Source of the DNA: Octopus sinensis
Taxonomy: Eukaryota
Direction of reading: 5' to 3'
Length of the DNA stretch: 64,000 nt
Assembly (NCBI RefSeq): GCF_006345805.1
Contig: NC_043011.1
Location: 27,850,464 to 27,914,463 of the forward strand
Of this stretch, positions 1 through 12,075 are shown in pieces; position 1 is the stretch's first letter; every line of letters begins with the position of its first letter. The translations under genes and the position numbers were made by a program. The notes below the pieces were generated by a model. That model had not been told where the DNA came from and made no database searches. It was given only the letters and a program-made list of their open reading frames with translations.

Positions 1-49
1 CTAGATACAATCAAATACGCACAGGCACACAAATTCACACATACATTCT

Positions 50-642
50 GCACAAGCTACTGATTTAGTAGGTATTTATCTTTTATCTGAACTCCAATTA
101 GAAAATCTTAAGATAGAGGGTGGTTTATATAGAGATGATCTTCTACTAATTACAAAGAATTGTACTAAAAGGAATCTAGAAGTATATAAGAAAAAACTAT
201 ATAGTTTCTTTAAAAGATATGGTTTAAGTATTACTATATATAAGGAGAATTATAATGTTAATTATCTAGATGTTAATTTTAATCTAATTACAGGTAAAAC
301 ACAACCATATCATAAAATTAATGAGAACCTTAGGTATATAAATGTTAATAGTAATCACCCAAATTCTATTAAAAATTCGTTGATTAATAATATAAGTAAA
401 CGTATTTCATTACTCTCTTATGATATAGAGATTTTTAATAGACATGCCACTTATTATAATGAGGCCCTTAGAGGGGCAGGTTATAATAGGAATATTAAAT
501 TTTATAATATTGATGATATAGATTTAAATAATTTAGGAGATAATTATAATAATAATTATAATTTTGTTGGTATTAGTGGTATAAATATTAGAAATTATAA
601 AATTAAAAATAAAAATAAAAATAAAAATAATAAAAATAAAAA

Positions 643-684
<42 letters not shown>

Positions 685-1571
685 TAATAAAAATAAAAAT
701 AAAAATAAATTGAATAATAATAATAATAATATGGATAAAATTAATAACATTAATAATTCCTTAAATGCTGTATATAAATATAATTCTGATAATAATTTTA
801 ATAATATGAAGAATTCTAAATTTAATAATTATAATACTGACAATTATTATAAGGTGAATAAGAATAAAATTTGGTTAATAGTTCCTTATGGTGATCAAGT
901 AAAAACGAATATTATCAAAGAGATTTTAGATATTATAGAACTATTTATTAGAGATAATCGTAAATATAAAAATATTTTCTCTAGTGATAATTTTGGAGTA
1001 GGTTATTCCACTACTAATAATGTAGGTAACATTATTTCTTCATTTAATAAATTTAAACTGAATAATTTTTATAAAATAAATTATTTGATAATAATAATAA
1101 GGATAAGACATATATTAATTGTACTTGTAGAGATAAATCTAAATGTAAATTAAATAATAAATGTGATATTAAAGATGTAGTGTATAAATGTATAGTTACA
1201 TTACATGATAATAACTTTAAGAAGAATAATTACCCAAAAGCGGTTTATATAGGGTCTACTTCCTCTAAAATAAAATTAAGAATCGCACAACATATGAATT
1301 CTTTTAAAAATAAAAACTTAATCAACTCCACTGGACTTAGTAAGTACATTTGGAGAATTAATCACAAAATATTAATTATAGTTTAAATTGGGAAATAATT
1401 TGTAAAACTAAATCATATACTATAGGAGCGAATTGTTGTTATTTATGCTCTAATGAGTTTAAAGAAATTTTATTTTATAAGTATGATAATTTACTTAATA
1501 TAGGTGAAGAGCGCAAAATAAAATGTAGACATAGATTACTTTACCTATATAATAGGTTCCATGATAAATAA
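50..1571 (+). pseudogene. PLE pol pseudogene (RT C-terminal half, thumb, Cys motif, GIY-YIG endonuclease)
   Basis: Frame 2 is open from ~5 to 1153: SAQATDLVGIYLL...GLYRDD...YLDVNFNL...YINVNSNHP. After a frameshift at ~1080: CTCRDKSKCKLNNKC..VVYKC..YIGST..KLRIAQHMNSF. After a second frameshift at ~1370: WEII...CYLCSNE...KCRH, stop at 1569-1571. Confidence 0.9.
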
Positions 1572-1689
1572 AATTAATAGCCCCCTATTATAGGTTATTT
1601 TAGGTTAATTTGTTTTTAGTTTAGAGTACCAAGTATATATTTCTAGTTTAATAGTTTAGGCTTTAATTATAGTTAGTATTTAATTGGTA

Positions 1690-3100
1690 ATTCTTTGTTT
1701 TGTATTTAATTAATATTTTATTGAGTGTGGGAATGAATAATAGTGTATACATCGAGTTTGTACGTAAGTATATGTATGTGTGAGTGTGTATTTGGTTATG
1801 TTTGTGGGTGTGTGTATATATGTGTGTGTATTTGTATGTATTGTGTATGAAAGGGGTTTTATCTTTATCTTTTTATTTGTATGTATGGACTTCATTATCA
1901 TGATTAGTTTAATAAGTATTTTGCATGAAGGTATGGGTGTGTATGTAGGTGTGCGTGTGTACAAGTGTAAGTATAGATGCGGTTTTGTATGAGTGCTATG
2001 TAATTGAGTGTAATTATTTATGCAATTGTATACATGCAAGTTTTGAATGTCTGTGTGATTGCACCCGTCTGCGTGTACACACTCATTTTTATATATATAT
2101 TAATATCTATTTGAGTTTTAGTTTTTATGGTTTTTTAAAGAATTGTACAAAGTTTTGTATATTCCATTCATATTATGTGTAGAAATGTTGTTTTTCTTTT
2201 GTATGTTTATGTATGTGTGAATGTGTGTGTGTGTGCGTTTTTGCTTGTATCGAGTTTTGTACGTATGTATTTGTATGTGTGAGTGAGTATATGGTTATGT
2301 TTGAGGGTGTGTGTATATATGTGTGTGTATTTGTGTGTATTGTGTAAGGGGTTGTATCTTTATATTTATACTTGTATGTATGGATTTTATTTATCATGAA
2401 TATTTTAATAAGAATTTTTGTATGTACAAGTGTAAGTGTAGATGTGGGAGTGTATGAGTGCTATGTAATTGGGTGTGATTATTTATGCACTTGTATATAT
2501 GTAAGTTTTGAATGTGCGTGTGATTGCACCCGTCTGCGTGTACACACTCTTTTATATATATATTAATATATATGAGTTTTCGTTTTTCATGGTCGTTTTA
2601 TTAAAGTTTGTTTGTATCGGGACTTGTACGTATGTATATGTATGTGTGAGTGTGTATATGGTTATGTTTGTGGGTGTGTGTATATATGTGTGTGTATTTG
2701 TGTGTATTGTGTTAGGGTTTGTATAGTTATATTTATACTTGAATGTATGGATTTCATTTCCATTCATAATTTTTTTTAAATGTTTGATATCCACGTGCTA
2801 AGAATTGTTCGGTTTTCTTTTGAGTGTTTATGTATGTGTGAAAATGTGTGTGTGTGTGTGTGTGTGTGTGTGATTGTTTGCGTAATTTATTTATCTGTAT
2901 GGGTGTGGGTGTTTATATATTGGTATATATCGTGTTCTGTATGTATGTGTATGTATATGTATGTGTGAGCGGGTATATGTATATTGTTTATGAATTGAGT
3001 GTTGTATGTGTGTGTGAGGAAGTATGAATAAGTAATGTGTTGAGTGTATGAGCATGTATGTGTATATATAGTTTATTTTTTGTTTTTTGTTTTTAGGTTT
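1690..3100 (+). repeat. Degenerate TG-rich tandem duplications (units of roughly 370-500 bp) within the PLE 3' region
   Basis: A recurring block (gagt..gtacgta.gtat.tgtatgtgtgagtg..tat.tggttatgtttg.gggtgtgtg) starts near 1750, 2250 and 2617; gcacccgtctgcgtgtacacactc occurs near 2061 and 2526. Confidence 0.75.
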
Positions 3101-3338
3101 TGGTTTTTGTTTTTTGCTTGTTGTTTTTTGGTTTTTGTACATTTTTAAATATGAGAACTTTTATTATAGGTTTTTATATTCAATTGTTTATAGGGTTTAT
3201 TTTAGATTATTTTAGATTATATATTGATTATATATAGATTATATATAGATTATATATAGATTATATTTTTATTTTTTTACATTCTTTCATTGATAATTTT
3301 ATTGTTTTATTATTTTAAATTATTTTAAATTATATAAT

Positions 3339-3381
3339 CCACCTGAAGATTGTCGGAGCAGACATGAAACATTTGTAGTGG
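3339..3381 (+). ncRNA. Minimal type I hammerhead ribozyme (PLE pLTR)
   Basis: ccac-CTGAAGA-t tgtc ggagca gaca t-GAAA-c attt g-TA-gtgg: stem I ccac/gtgg, intact core, stem II tgtc/gaca, GUA site. Confidence 0.75.
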
Positions 3382-3581
3382 CGGTTTATTTAATTTATAT
3401 TAAAATTTTATGTATTGATTAAGTCTTTCCTTGTTTGGTTTTAAAATAGTGGTTTTGTCTCGAATTATATTATATAATATTTTACTATAAAATTGGATTT
3501 AACCCTAAATCTGATTTTTCACTGTAATTTTGGATTCATTCCCTAATATTTATTATTATATATATATATATATATATATAT

Positions 3582-4450
3582 AAACAATACTGCTCTGTCT
3601 TTAGTGTTCCCACTGATATTGACGTTAGAGAAGCGAACGAAGTTGACTCTCAACATAAAATCTCGGACATAACCTTCACTGACACTGACATCATAGCAGC
3701 AATAAATGAGGTCAAATACTACTCTGCTGTAGGCCCTAATAGATTCCCCGATAGTCTCCTGAAGGAATGTAGACACAAACTTGCAGTCCCTCTGACCAAC
3801 CTCTGGAGAAATTCGTTAGATGCAGGTTATATACCGAAACAGTTTCTATCCCAGTCAGTCATCCCGGTTTTCAAACAGGGAAACAGATCCCTCGCACTCA
3901 ACTATCGCCCAATCTCACTCACCTCCCACATCATCAAAGTGTTTGAAAGAGTGTTAAGATCAAGGATGGATGACTTCCTGGAGACCCAGAAACTCCTAAA
4001 TGCAAATCAGCATGGCTTTCGCTGTGGCAGGGACTGTCTTACACAGCTCTTTCACCACATTGAAGATGTACTCAAAGCCTTGGGAACAGGTTCGAACTCT
4101 CATGTCATATATCTTGACTTCAGTAAAGCGTTCGACAGGGTAGACCATAATATCCTACTCTCAAAATTGGCAAATTTTGGAATCCGTGGAAAAGTTCTAC
4201 ACTGGATCAAGTATTTCCTGGCGAATAGAACACAACATGTTGTAGTTGATGGATTCCACTCAAGCCCAGCAAAAGTCACCAGCGGTGTCCCCCAGGGGAC
4301 TGTCTAGGGTCCGCTACTCTTCATAATCTACATAAACGACTTTTCCAGTGTCGTACATTACTGCAAAGTGAAAATATTTGCCGATGACACCAAGCTCCAG
4401 CAAATCGTCAATGAAGTAGCACACCGAACTCAACTCCAGTCTGATCTATA
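3582..4450 (+). pseudogene. CR1/L2-type LINE reverse transcriptase fragment
   Basis: One frame: NYRPISLTSHIIKVFER...NQHGFR...YLDFSKAFDRVDH...SGVPQGTV*GPLLFIIYIND...FADDTKL, with a single in-frame stop at 4305-4307. Truncated at both ends. Confidence 0.93.
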
Positions 4451-4685
4451 TGCAAACTGTATTCTGACTAATCAGTGTGTAGTATCACTCAATTACTTAA
4501 GCTGATTGGTTGGTTGCGCTGATTTTCTAAAAATAACCCAACAATTGCTGCTTCGGCCAGGGTCAATATACAGGACTCTTGACATGTCCAACAAAGCGTG
4601 ACGCCTAAACCAATCAGCTGAACCAACCAATCAGCTTAAGTAATTGAGTGATACTACACACTGATTGGTCAGAATACAGTTTGCA
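4451..4685. repeat. 65-bp inverted repeat with ~105-bp spacer, rich in CCAATCAG motifs
   Basis: 4451-4515 is the reverse complement of 4621-4685 with one mismatch. Confidence 0.9.
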
Positions 4686-4786
4686 AAACCTAGCACTCTG
4701 GAACCTACCCAGCTGTATTTATAGCACAGAATCAATCATCTTGCTACAGTCAAAAATTGTGAAGCATGACTGTCAACACTACTACA

Positions 4787-4831
4787 TGAACCCGAAGATT
4801 GTAGAATTTAATGCATGAAAGTACTAGTTCA
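4787..4831 (+). ncRNA. Minimal type I hammerhead, U4C core variant
   Basis: tgaac-CCGAAGA-t tgta gaatttaa tgca t-GAAA-gtac-TA-gttca; palindromic stem III gtac. Confidence 0.7.
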
Positions 4832-4963
4832 ATCAGAATGAACATTTAACATTCTCCTATTTTATTTTATTTTATTCTATTATAATATATTATCTTATAA
4901 TATATCATTATAAGATTGTAAATAAAACGTGAAAATCAGACAAGGTTGGAATTCCTTTTATTA

Positions 4964-4964
<1 letters not shown>

Positions 4965-5001
<37 letters not shown>

Positions 5002-5030
5002 GTATATATTTATATATATATGCATGTATG

Positions 5031-5107
<77 letters not shown>

Positions 5108-5760
5108 ATATATATATGTATATATGTATGTATATGTATAATATATATATGTATGTATATGTATATATATATATATGTATATTTATGTATGTATATGTAT
5201 ATATATATGTATGTATATATATGTATATATTATATATATATATATAGTATATATGTATGTATATGTATTATATATATGTATGTATATGTATATATATATA
5301 TATGTATATTTATGTATGTATATGTATATATATATGTATGTATATATATATGTATTATATATATATATATATGTATGTATATGTATATATATGTATGTAT
5401 ATGTATATATATATATGTATATTATGTATGTATATGTATATATATATGTATGTATATATATATGTATATATATGTATATATATATATATATATATATGTA
5501 TATGTAATATATATATATATGTATATATATGTATAATATATATGTATATGTATATATATAATATATATGTATATGTATATATATATATGTATATGTATAT
5601 ATATATATGTATATATATATATAATATATATGTATATATATGTGTATATATATATACATATATGTATATATATATGTATATATATGTATATATATATATA
5701 TATACATATATGTATAATATATATGTGTGTGTGTGTGTGTGCGTGTGTGTGTGTGTGTGT
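4965..5760. repeat. Long compound (TA)n/(TATG)n/(TCTA)n/(TG)n microsatellite
   Basis: Direct reading. Similar tracts occur at 8500-8860, 16960-17200, 20850-21150, 21860-22250, 26680-26980, 30120-30425, 49500-49730, 50380-50760, 53265-53430 and 54360-54545. Confidence 0.97.
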
Positions 5761-6262
5761 GGAAGCACAATGGCTCGGTGGTTAGCGCAGCGGACTCGCG
5801 GTCATAGAATCGCGGTATCGATTCCCAGACCGGGCATTGTGAGTGTTTTTTGAGCGAAAACACCTGAAGCTCCACGAGGCTACGGCAGAGGGTGGTGGTG
5901 AACCCTGCTGTACTCTTTCACCACAACTTTCAGTCTATCTTCCTGTTTCTGTTGTACCTGTATTTCAAAGGCCCAGCCTTGTCACTCTCTGTGTCACGCT
6001 GAATCTCCCTGTGAACTACGTTATGGGTACACGTGTCTGTAGAGTGCTCAGCCACTTGCAAATTAATAAATGAGCTGCGACGTCACTGGTGCCAAGCTGT
6101 ATCGGCCTTTGCCTCTCCCTTGGATAACATCTGTGGCGTGGAGAGAGGAGGCTGGTATGCGTGTGCGACTGCTGGTCTTCCATAAATAACCTTGCCCAGA
6201 CTTGTGCCTCGAAGGGTAACCTTCTAGGTGCAATCCCATGGTCATTCATGACAGAAGGGGGT
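5761..6262 (+). mobile_element. tRNA-derived SINE, apparently full length
   Basis: A-box-like TGGCTCGGTGG and B-box-like GTATCGATTCC in the head. The gagcgaaaacacct.aagctcca.ga segment is shared with 16044-16328 (-). Confidence 0.75.
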
Positions 6263-6321
6263 GACACACATACACACATAATATATATATATACATATAT
6301 ATATATATACATACATACATA

Positions 6322-6856
6322 CAGGGTGTCCCAAAAAGATGTACTGACTCTTTGACTTCCCAGTACTCATGCATTTTGTGTTCAAGTAAATGTTTATTGA
6401 TTTACATACAATCCTAAAAAAGTCAAATTAAATTCAGGAAAATAAATTATTGTAGAAACGATTAAACGATTATTTATTGTCATTTAGAATTATTTAATGT
6501 TCTCTCTCATTCCTGCGTGTTCGTAAATGTTCAAACTGCCTTCCTTTATTTTCCAAACAAAGCTGATAACGTCCAACAGTGGACTCGACAACATTGCCAA
6601 ACATTTCATTTGGAATTGTAAGACATCGTATTTAAATTTCCTTTTTGCAAATCATCAATTGTCACTGGTTTTGCCGTGTAAACTATATCTTTGAGATGTC
6701 CCTATAAAAAAAAAATCCATTGGCGTGGGGTAGGGGGAACCGTGCAGGAAATTCTACGCTACCTCTCCATCCAATCCATTTGTTTGGATTTGCTCCATCG
6801 AGGTAAGCCCGTACATCGTCTGTCAAAGAGTGAGTACATCTTTTTCGGACACCCTG
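6322..6856 (-). mobile_element. Internally deleted Tc1/mariner element
   Basis: ~35-bp TIRs (CAGGGTGTCC.AAAAAGATGTACT.ACTCTTTGAC), TA on both flanks, and a frameshifted transposase C-terminal remnant on the minus strand. Confidence 0.88.
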
Positions 6857-6890
<34 letters not shown>

Positions 6891-6908
6891 TGTATGTATG
6901 TATGTATG

Positions 6909-6968
<60 letters not shown>

Positions 6969-6973
6969 TGTAT

Positions 6974-7021
<48 letters not shown>

Positions 7022-7033
7022 TGTATATGTATA

Positions 7034-7066
<33 letters not shown>

Positions 7067-7068
<2 letters not shown>

Positions 7069-7500
7069 TTCAAAATATACAAGCAAATGTACTGAAGCAG
7101 TTGAAAAGACAATAAACAATTTATAGTAGTTTAACGCTCGGGGAAGAATGTAATAAGTCTTTAACGTTTCAAGCCCACGCTCTTCTGGACAAAGACATGG
7201 GAAGAGAAATCTGATGGAAAGAAAGGAAATCATGTTTGAATTAATGGTGCTACATATTGAATTGATCGCAAAGAAAGGAGGTGGCTGGATGTGTGAATGG
7301 CAAGGGAGACCTGGCTACACTGTGCGTGGGAAAGTAATGTGTGTGTTTGAAAGTAATGTATGCGCGTGTATATGACTGAGTGTGTGTGAAACTGCGTCAC
7401 AGGAGTGTTTGTGTCGCTGTCAAGATGTGTCTCTGTAATTAAAGGTGGCGTGTGTAGAAGCTGCTGCATGCGTGTATACACTGTGTAAATTAGCGGGGGT
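7067..7500 (-). mobile_element. Diverged PLE pseudo-LTR with degenerate hammerhead at 7157-7196
   Basis: Minus strand: gtcttt-gtccaga-a-gagc gtgg gctt-GAAA-cg-TT-aaagac. Homologous to the 3' end of the PLE at 18975-19200. Confidence 0.6.
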
Positions 7501-7536
7501 GGGTGTATTCCATCCTTTATATGAATTTATATGTGT

Positions 7537-7695
7537 GGAGTGGCTGTGTGGTAAGTAGCTTGCTAACCAACCACGTGGTTCCGGGTTCAGTCCCACTGCG
7601 TGGCACCTTGGGTAAGTATCTTCTGCTATAGCCTCGGGCCGACCAATTCCTTGTGAGTGGATTTGGTAGACGGAAACTGAAAGAAGCCTGTCGTA

Positions 7696-7739
<44 letters not shown>

Positions 7740-7934
7740 GTGTGTGTGTGTGTGTTTGTGTGTGTTTGTCCCTCTAGCATTGCTTGACAACCGATGCTGG
7801 TGTGTTTACGTCCCCGTCACTTAGCGGTTCGGTAAAAGAGACCGATAGAATAAGTACTGGGCTTATTTGCTCGACTAAAGGCGGTGCTCCAGCATGGCCG
7901 CAGTCAAGTAAAAGAATTAAAAGAGTAAAAAGAG
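7537..7934 (+). mobile_element. tRNA-derived SINE with internal TA/TG microsatellite
   Basis: Head tggctgtgtggtaag...ggttcagtccc; 3' part ggtgctccagcatggccgcagtc. Relatives at 11951-12075, 41088-41372, 40470-40520 and 47800-47885. Confidence 0.75.
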
Positions 7935-8009
7935 TGTGTGTGTGAAGGAGAGAGTGACAGTTTATTTATCTATGTATTTCTTGATGTGCGCGTGTGCGTC
8001 CATTACAAG

Positions 8010-8270
8010 TTATAACCAGGTGGGTAAAGTATTTTTCTCGCGATCACAACGTCGTGGTTTCCATTCCCAGACTGGTGGTACGTTCTTTCCTTGAGCATAA
8101 TGCTTCATTTCAGCTTGCTGTAGTCCGCTCAAACCCTAAGACAGACATGCGTTCCATTTAGGGAGAATTTTAGCTTGTCTACCTAGCTAGCGACGTAGCA
8201 TCATTCCAAAGCTACAACGTTGCGAGAAACCGCATCATGATATGCGTTTTATAATATCAGCCTCTGATCT
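8010..8270 (+). mobile_element. Degenerate SINE
   Basis: gtggtttccattcccagac...ttccttgagcataatgcttcatttc resembles the heads at 14144 and 46495. Confidence 0.45.
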
Positions 8271-8510
8271 GGTCGGTACGATGATAATATGATCTAATAT
8301 AATATATAATATAATATAATATAATATAATATAATAATAATGCCTATGTAAATTTTCAAATCTTCTCAATAATCAAATGTTTTAGAAAAATAAAGAGTTT
8401 CATCATACAATATTCAAAACGAACTTGTAATTTTCACAGGTACCGCTTGTAATCAAAATAATACAATTTAAAGTTCTACACACAGACACAGACACACATA
8501 TATATGTGTG

Positions 8511-8559
<49 letters not shown>

Positions 8560-8568
8560 TATATATAG

Positions 8569-8627
<59 letters not shown>

Positions 8628-8650
8628 GTATATATATATTATATGTATAC

Positions 8651-8690
<40 letters not shown>

Positions 8691-8789
8691 GTATACATAC
8701 ATATATTATATATATATATATTATATTATATTGAGTGTACTACTATTCGTAGATATATATATATATATATTATATATTATATCATATAT

Positions 8790-8828
<39 letters not shown>

Positions 8829-10223
8829 ATGTATATGTGTGTTATATATATATATATATATATACGAAATAAAATGAAATGAACGTAAGTATCCGTGCGT
8901 ATCACTGAAATTTTTACAGAGCCAATCTTTTTGTTGAATCTAAACTGATTACCTAAATTTGAAAAATTCCAGTTATGATATATTTTCCTGAAATCTTCGG
9001 ATTTATTAATCGATTTTCAACGCGGCTCTCAGCTATTCTTAGCCAATCCAAACAAATCACCCACATTCACTTTGACCTCTATTTCTTGAAATCAGCTTAA
9101 AATTTATCCACCACTTCGTCATTTCTGGTCGAGATTAAAATAACAGTAGTGAATGCTACACACACAAAAACTTTTGGTTGCTCTTGTTCTTTTATTGTAT
9201 TCAATTCTGTTTTGGTATTGTCCTTTTAAGGTGCGTAGTTGCAATTGGATCAAATCATTTAGGTTCTTTTTGTTCTTGTAATTATAAATGTCGGTATTAT
9301 ATTACATGAAGATATTTCACTACCTCCCCTCCCCAAGCTTTCTGTCATATTGTAACATCTTTTATCCTTCACTCGCCCCCAGGACGCTGGAATGTCTCGG
9401 CAAGAGTCTGTAACAAAGATACGGATTAAAAGTAAAAATGATAACAGTAATAATAATAACGATGATGAATATGATGATGATGTTATATGGATTAGATATA
9501 ATAAATTTTAAGTAAATGCAAACAAGGAGAAATTGCAACGAAGAAACATCTCTCCACCCAGTCATCTACAAGTCAGATTAACTTTTTTGCTATGGAAGAG
9601 AAAATAATCTGTGGCTTTAACTGAGACTTTCGACATTGCATGTAGCATTTGAACATTTTATTACTAATCTTTTTTTCTTTTTTAACTCTCTTTCTTTCCG
9701 AAGAGAGTTTCTAGCCTCTCGTTTTGTAGGTTCACACACATTGATGCGTGAACAGGCAGGCAGACATTTACGTAATTCTAGTCATTCAAATTTTGTTACA
9801 TTCTCTTTCTTAATGCAAGCAACCGAAAGTTTTCTAGTGTCGAAGTTTTGAATAATTTCTCGCAAATATTTTCTGCAATATGTTTTAAACAGATTTTCTT
9901 TTTCCTTTTCCGTTTCTGTGTGCATCTATGGGTGTAGTTCTTTTGAGATATTTATGTACTACAAGAATTATTTCCGTTTCTTGCCGTGACACGTGTTGGT
10001 TTTGACCCGTAGATTGAAAATATTGGAGGCAAGACTTCAGAACTTCAGAAGGACACAGTAGGGCGGTTTCGGTTTGTTCCTTTGCTTTATCATCCAATTG
10101 GTGGGTTGGTATAGATATGAATATAAAATATTTTACGTGAAACTCCGGAATCTCTATCTGCGTTTGTGTTTGTATTCGTGTTTGAGTGTGTGAGTGGCTT
10201 TGATTTTGAGTATCTAATACTCA

Positions 10224-10300
<77 letters not shown>

Positions 10301-10361
10301 GAAAAGTAGAAGTTGAAAATGCACTGAGAATAGTTAAAATATTTTCTATTGATATATTCAA

Positions 10362-10404
10362 AACTTTTACCGGTTTCACAGTTTACACTGATTTTCAAAA
10401 AGTT
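10362..10404 (-). ncRNA. Minimal type I hammerhead with U3-A8 compensatory core
   Basis: Minus strand: aacttt-TTGAAAA-t cagt gtaa actg t-GAAA-ccgg-TA-aaagtt. Perfect 6-bp stem I, GNRA-capped stem II, palindromic stem III. Confidence 0.75.
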
Positions 10405-11313
10405 CAAATAGAAAGACGTGGCTTTTGTCGCAACTGTGTTGTCTCTGACTAGTGTTTGAAGCTTGCCCTATTTTTCTAGGCAGTTCATGGCTGAAATTAG
10501 TATATGCTTTGAATAGGATTTGATTGGTTGAGCATAATCACATGACTGGTCTTAGAAAGTTTCGTAGGTTTCTCGCTACGTTCGTATGTTAATATCAAGT
10601 GACAATGTTTGGTATCGTAAGTTAAGGCTGCCACAGTTGATTGAACATGTCCTAACAGGCAATGCTCTGAATGTTTTGTCAAGTGTTTGTAGGTAATGAA
10701 TACATAATTAATTTAATAACCTTTTGTACGTTTCACGCTACCCCTGTTCGTTTGTCACGTGACAGTATATTTTGCGCCTAAAATGAAGGCCGACATAGTT
10801 GCCTGAACATGTTCAGTTATAATCAGGCACTCCAAATTAAATCTGTGTGGTTGGAGAGTGTACAGGACTCCTTTGTGTGAAGTGCAGAGGCTTACGTTTA
10901 TGTTGTTAGCTATGTAGGTTTCTCATGATACGTGACAAAATGAGTTTTCTGTGTGAATAGTTATTTCTGTATGTTCTCAAGCCACTGCACTACATACAAA
11001 CAACATCCTGTCCACTCCAGTGGCTAGAGTACATAGAAATAATATTGTTTTTATTTATTAGATCAGTGAGTGTCACTTTGAAAACTATATATTTTCCAAC
11101 GGGAGTTCAGCAGCGCCGCCTACCCAAGCAGCTACTCCGTGTTGATAAAGAGCAATAACCCAGAAACCGGCCTATAGATGTTACTTTGTGCTGCATGGGT
11201 GTGCTGGGCTCCCTATTCGAAAATATAAAGATAGAGATATTGTGTCGTATAGCCAGCTGGAAAACGATGTTTCTGAAAATCTCTCTTTGAGAGATTTAGA
11301 AATAATAATGTTC

Positions 11314-11404
<91 letters not shown>

Positions 11405-11894
11405 GCGTGTGTGTATGTGTGTGTGTGTATACACGCTCACACATGGCTCCACTGCCGGTCGTGGAGCATCTCTCATATTCCTTTCTATTGACTTTCATCT
11501 CTAAAGTTCATCTCCTATGTTCCTACCTTAAAGCTTTTACTCTACACACCAGCTAAATTGATTTTTGTCTTTATTATTTGAAAGACACCTGTTGCTTTAT
11601 TTTCTTGCAGTTTGAATCTGTGTAACCTGTTCTCTGTTTTTTTTTTGTCTTTGCTGTCGGACTATTTCGCTTGCTTCCTTCCCAAAAAGTTAATTGTCCT
11701 TAGCTTAGATTTTTGGGGGCAACCAAATTTGAACAGTCTTAAGTGCAATTGCCCGAAATTGTAAGGAAAATTTGGTAACTTGAGTGATAAGAGGGGGCTG
11801 CGAATGACTTGTCCTTGTTTTCTACCTGTCCGTCTTCGCAACGTCAATCTGTCCGGATGTTTTGTTGTCTGTTGCGTTCTTGTTCCAATTTTCC

Positions 11895-11941
<47 letters not shown>

Positions 11942-11950
11942 TACATATGC

Positions 11951-12075
11951 TGGCATGGTTGCGTGGTAAGAAGCTCCCTTGGGTAATTGTCTTCTACTAT
12001 AACCTCGGTAACCTCGGGCTCACCAAAGGCTTGTGAACGGATTTGATAGACGGGAACTGAATGAATCCTTCGTGT
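11951..12075 (+). mobile_element. SINE 5' fragment (7537 family)
   Basis: tgcgtggtaagaagct...cttctactataacctcgg...ttgtgaacggatttgatagacgggaactgaa aligns by eye to 7545-7690 with an internal deletion. Confidence 0.65.

Larger units (their letters stand above)
1..3570 (+). mobile_element. 5'-truncated Penelope-like retroelement: pol remnant, long TG-rich 3' spacer, 3' pseudo-LTR with hammerhead, ending in (TA)n
   Basis: RT and GIY-YIG motifs at 50-1571 and an HHR at 3339-3381. The 3' terminal ~230 bp is homologous to a solo copy at ~16700-16965. Confidence 0.8.

Noticed and set aside
5761-5830. tRNA-like sequences here and at 7537, 14144, 16270, 41820, 46495 and ~63000
   Set aside because: A and B boxes are present, but I could not build a complete cloverleaf and each continues into SINE body, so they are not called tRNA genes.
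4946-5875. Many 60-230 aa ORFs rich in YI/YM/CV/HT repeats here and throughout the window
   Set aside because: They are translations of TA/TG microsatellites that lack stop codons, with no coding evidence.
9380-10100. Short ORFs at 9383-9511 (+) and 9885-10097 (-)
   Set aside because: No motif, no convincing splice pair and no supporting neighbours.
10111-10157. HHR-like remnants here (gaaa-ctccggaa-tc) and near 12567, 17240, 30790, 35795 and 52120
   Set aside because: The core or stems are too degenerate to separate from chance in AT-rich DNA, so they are not counted in the census.
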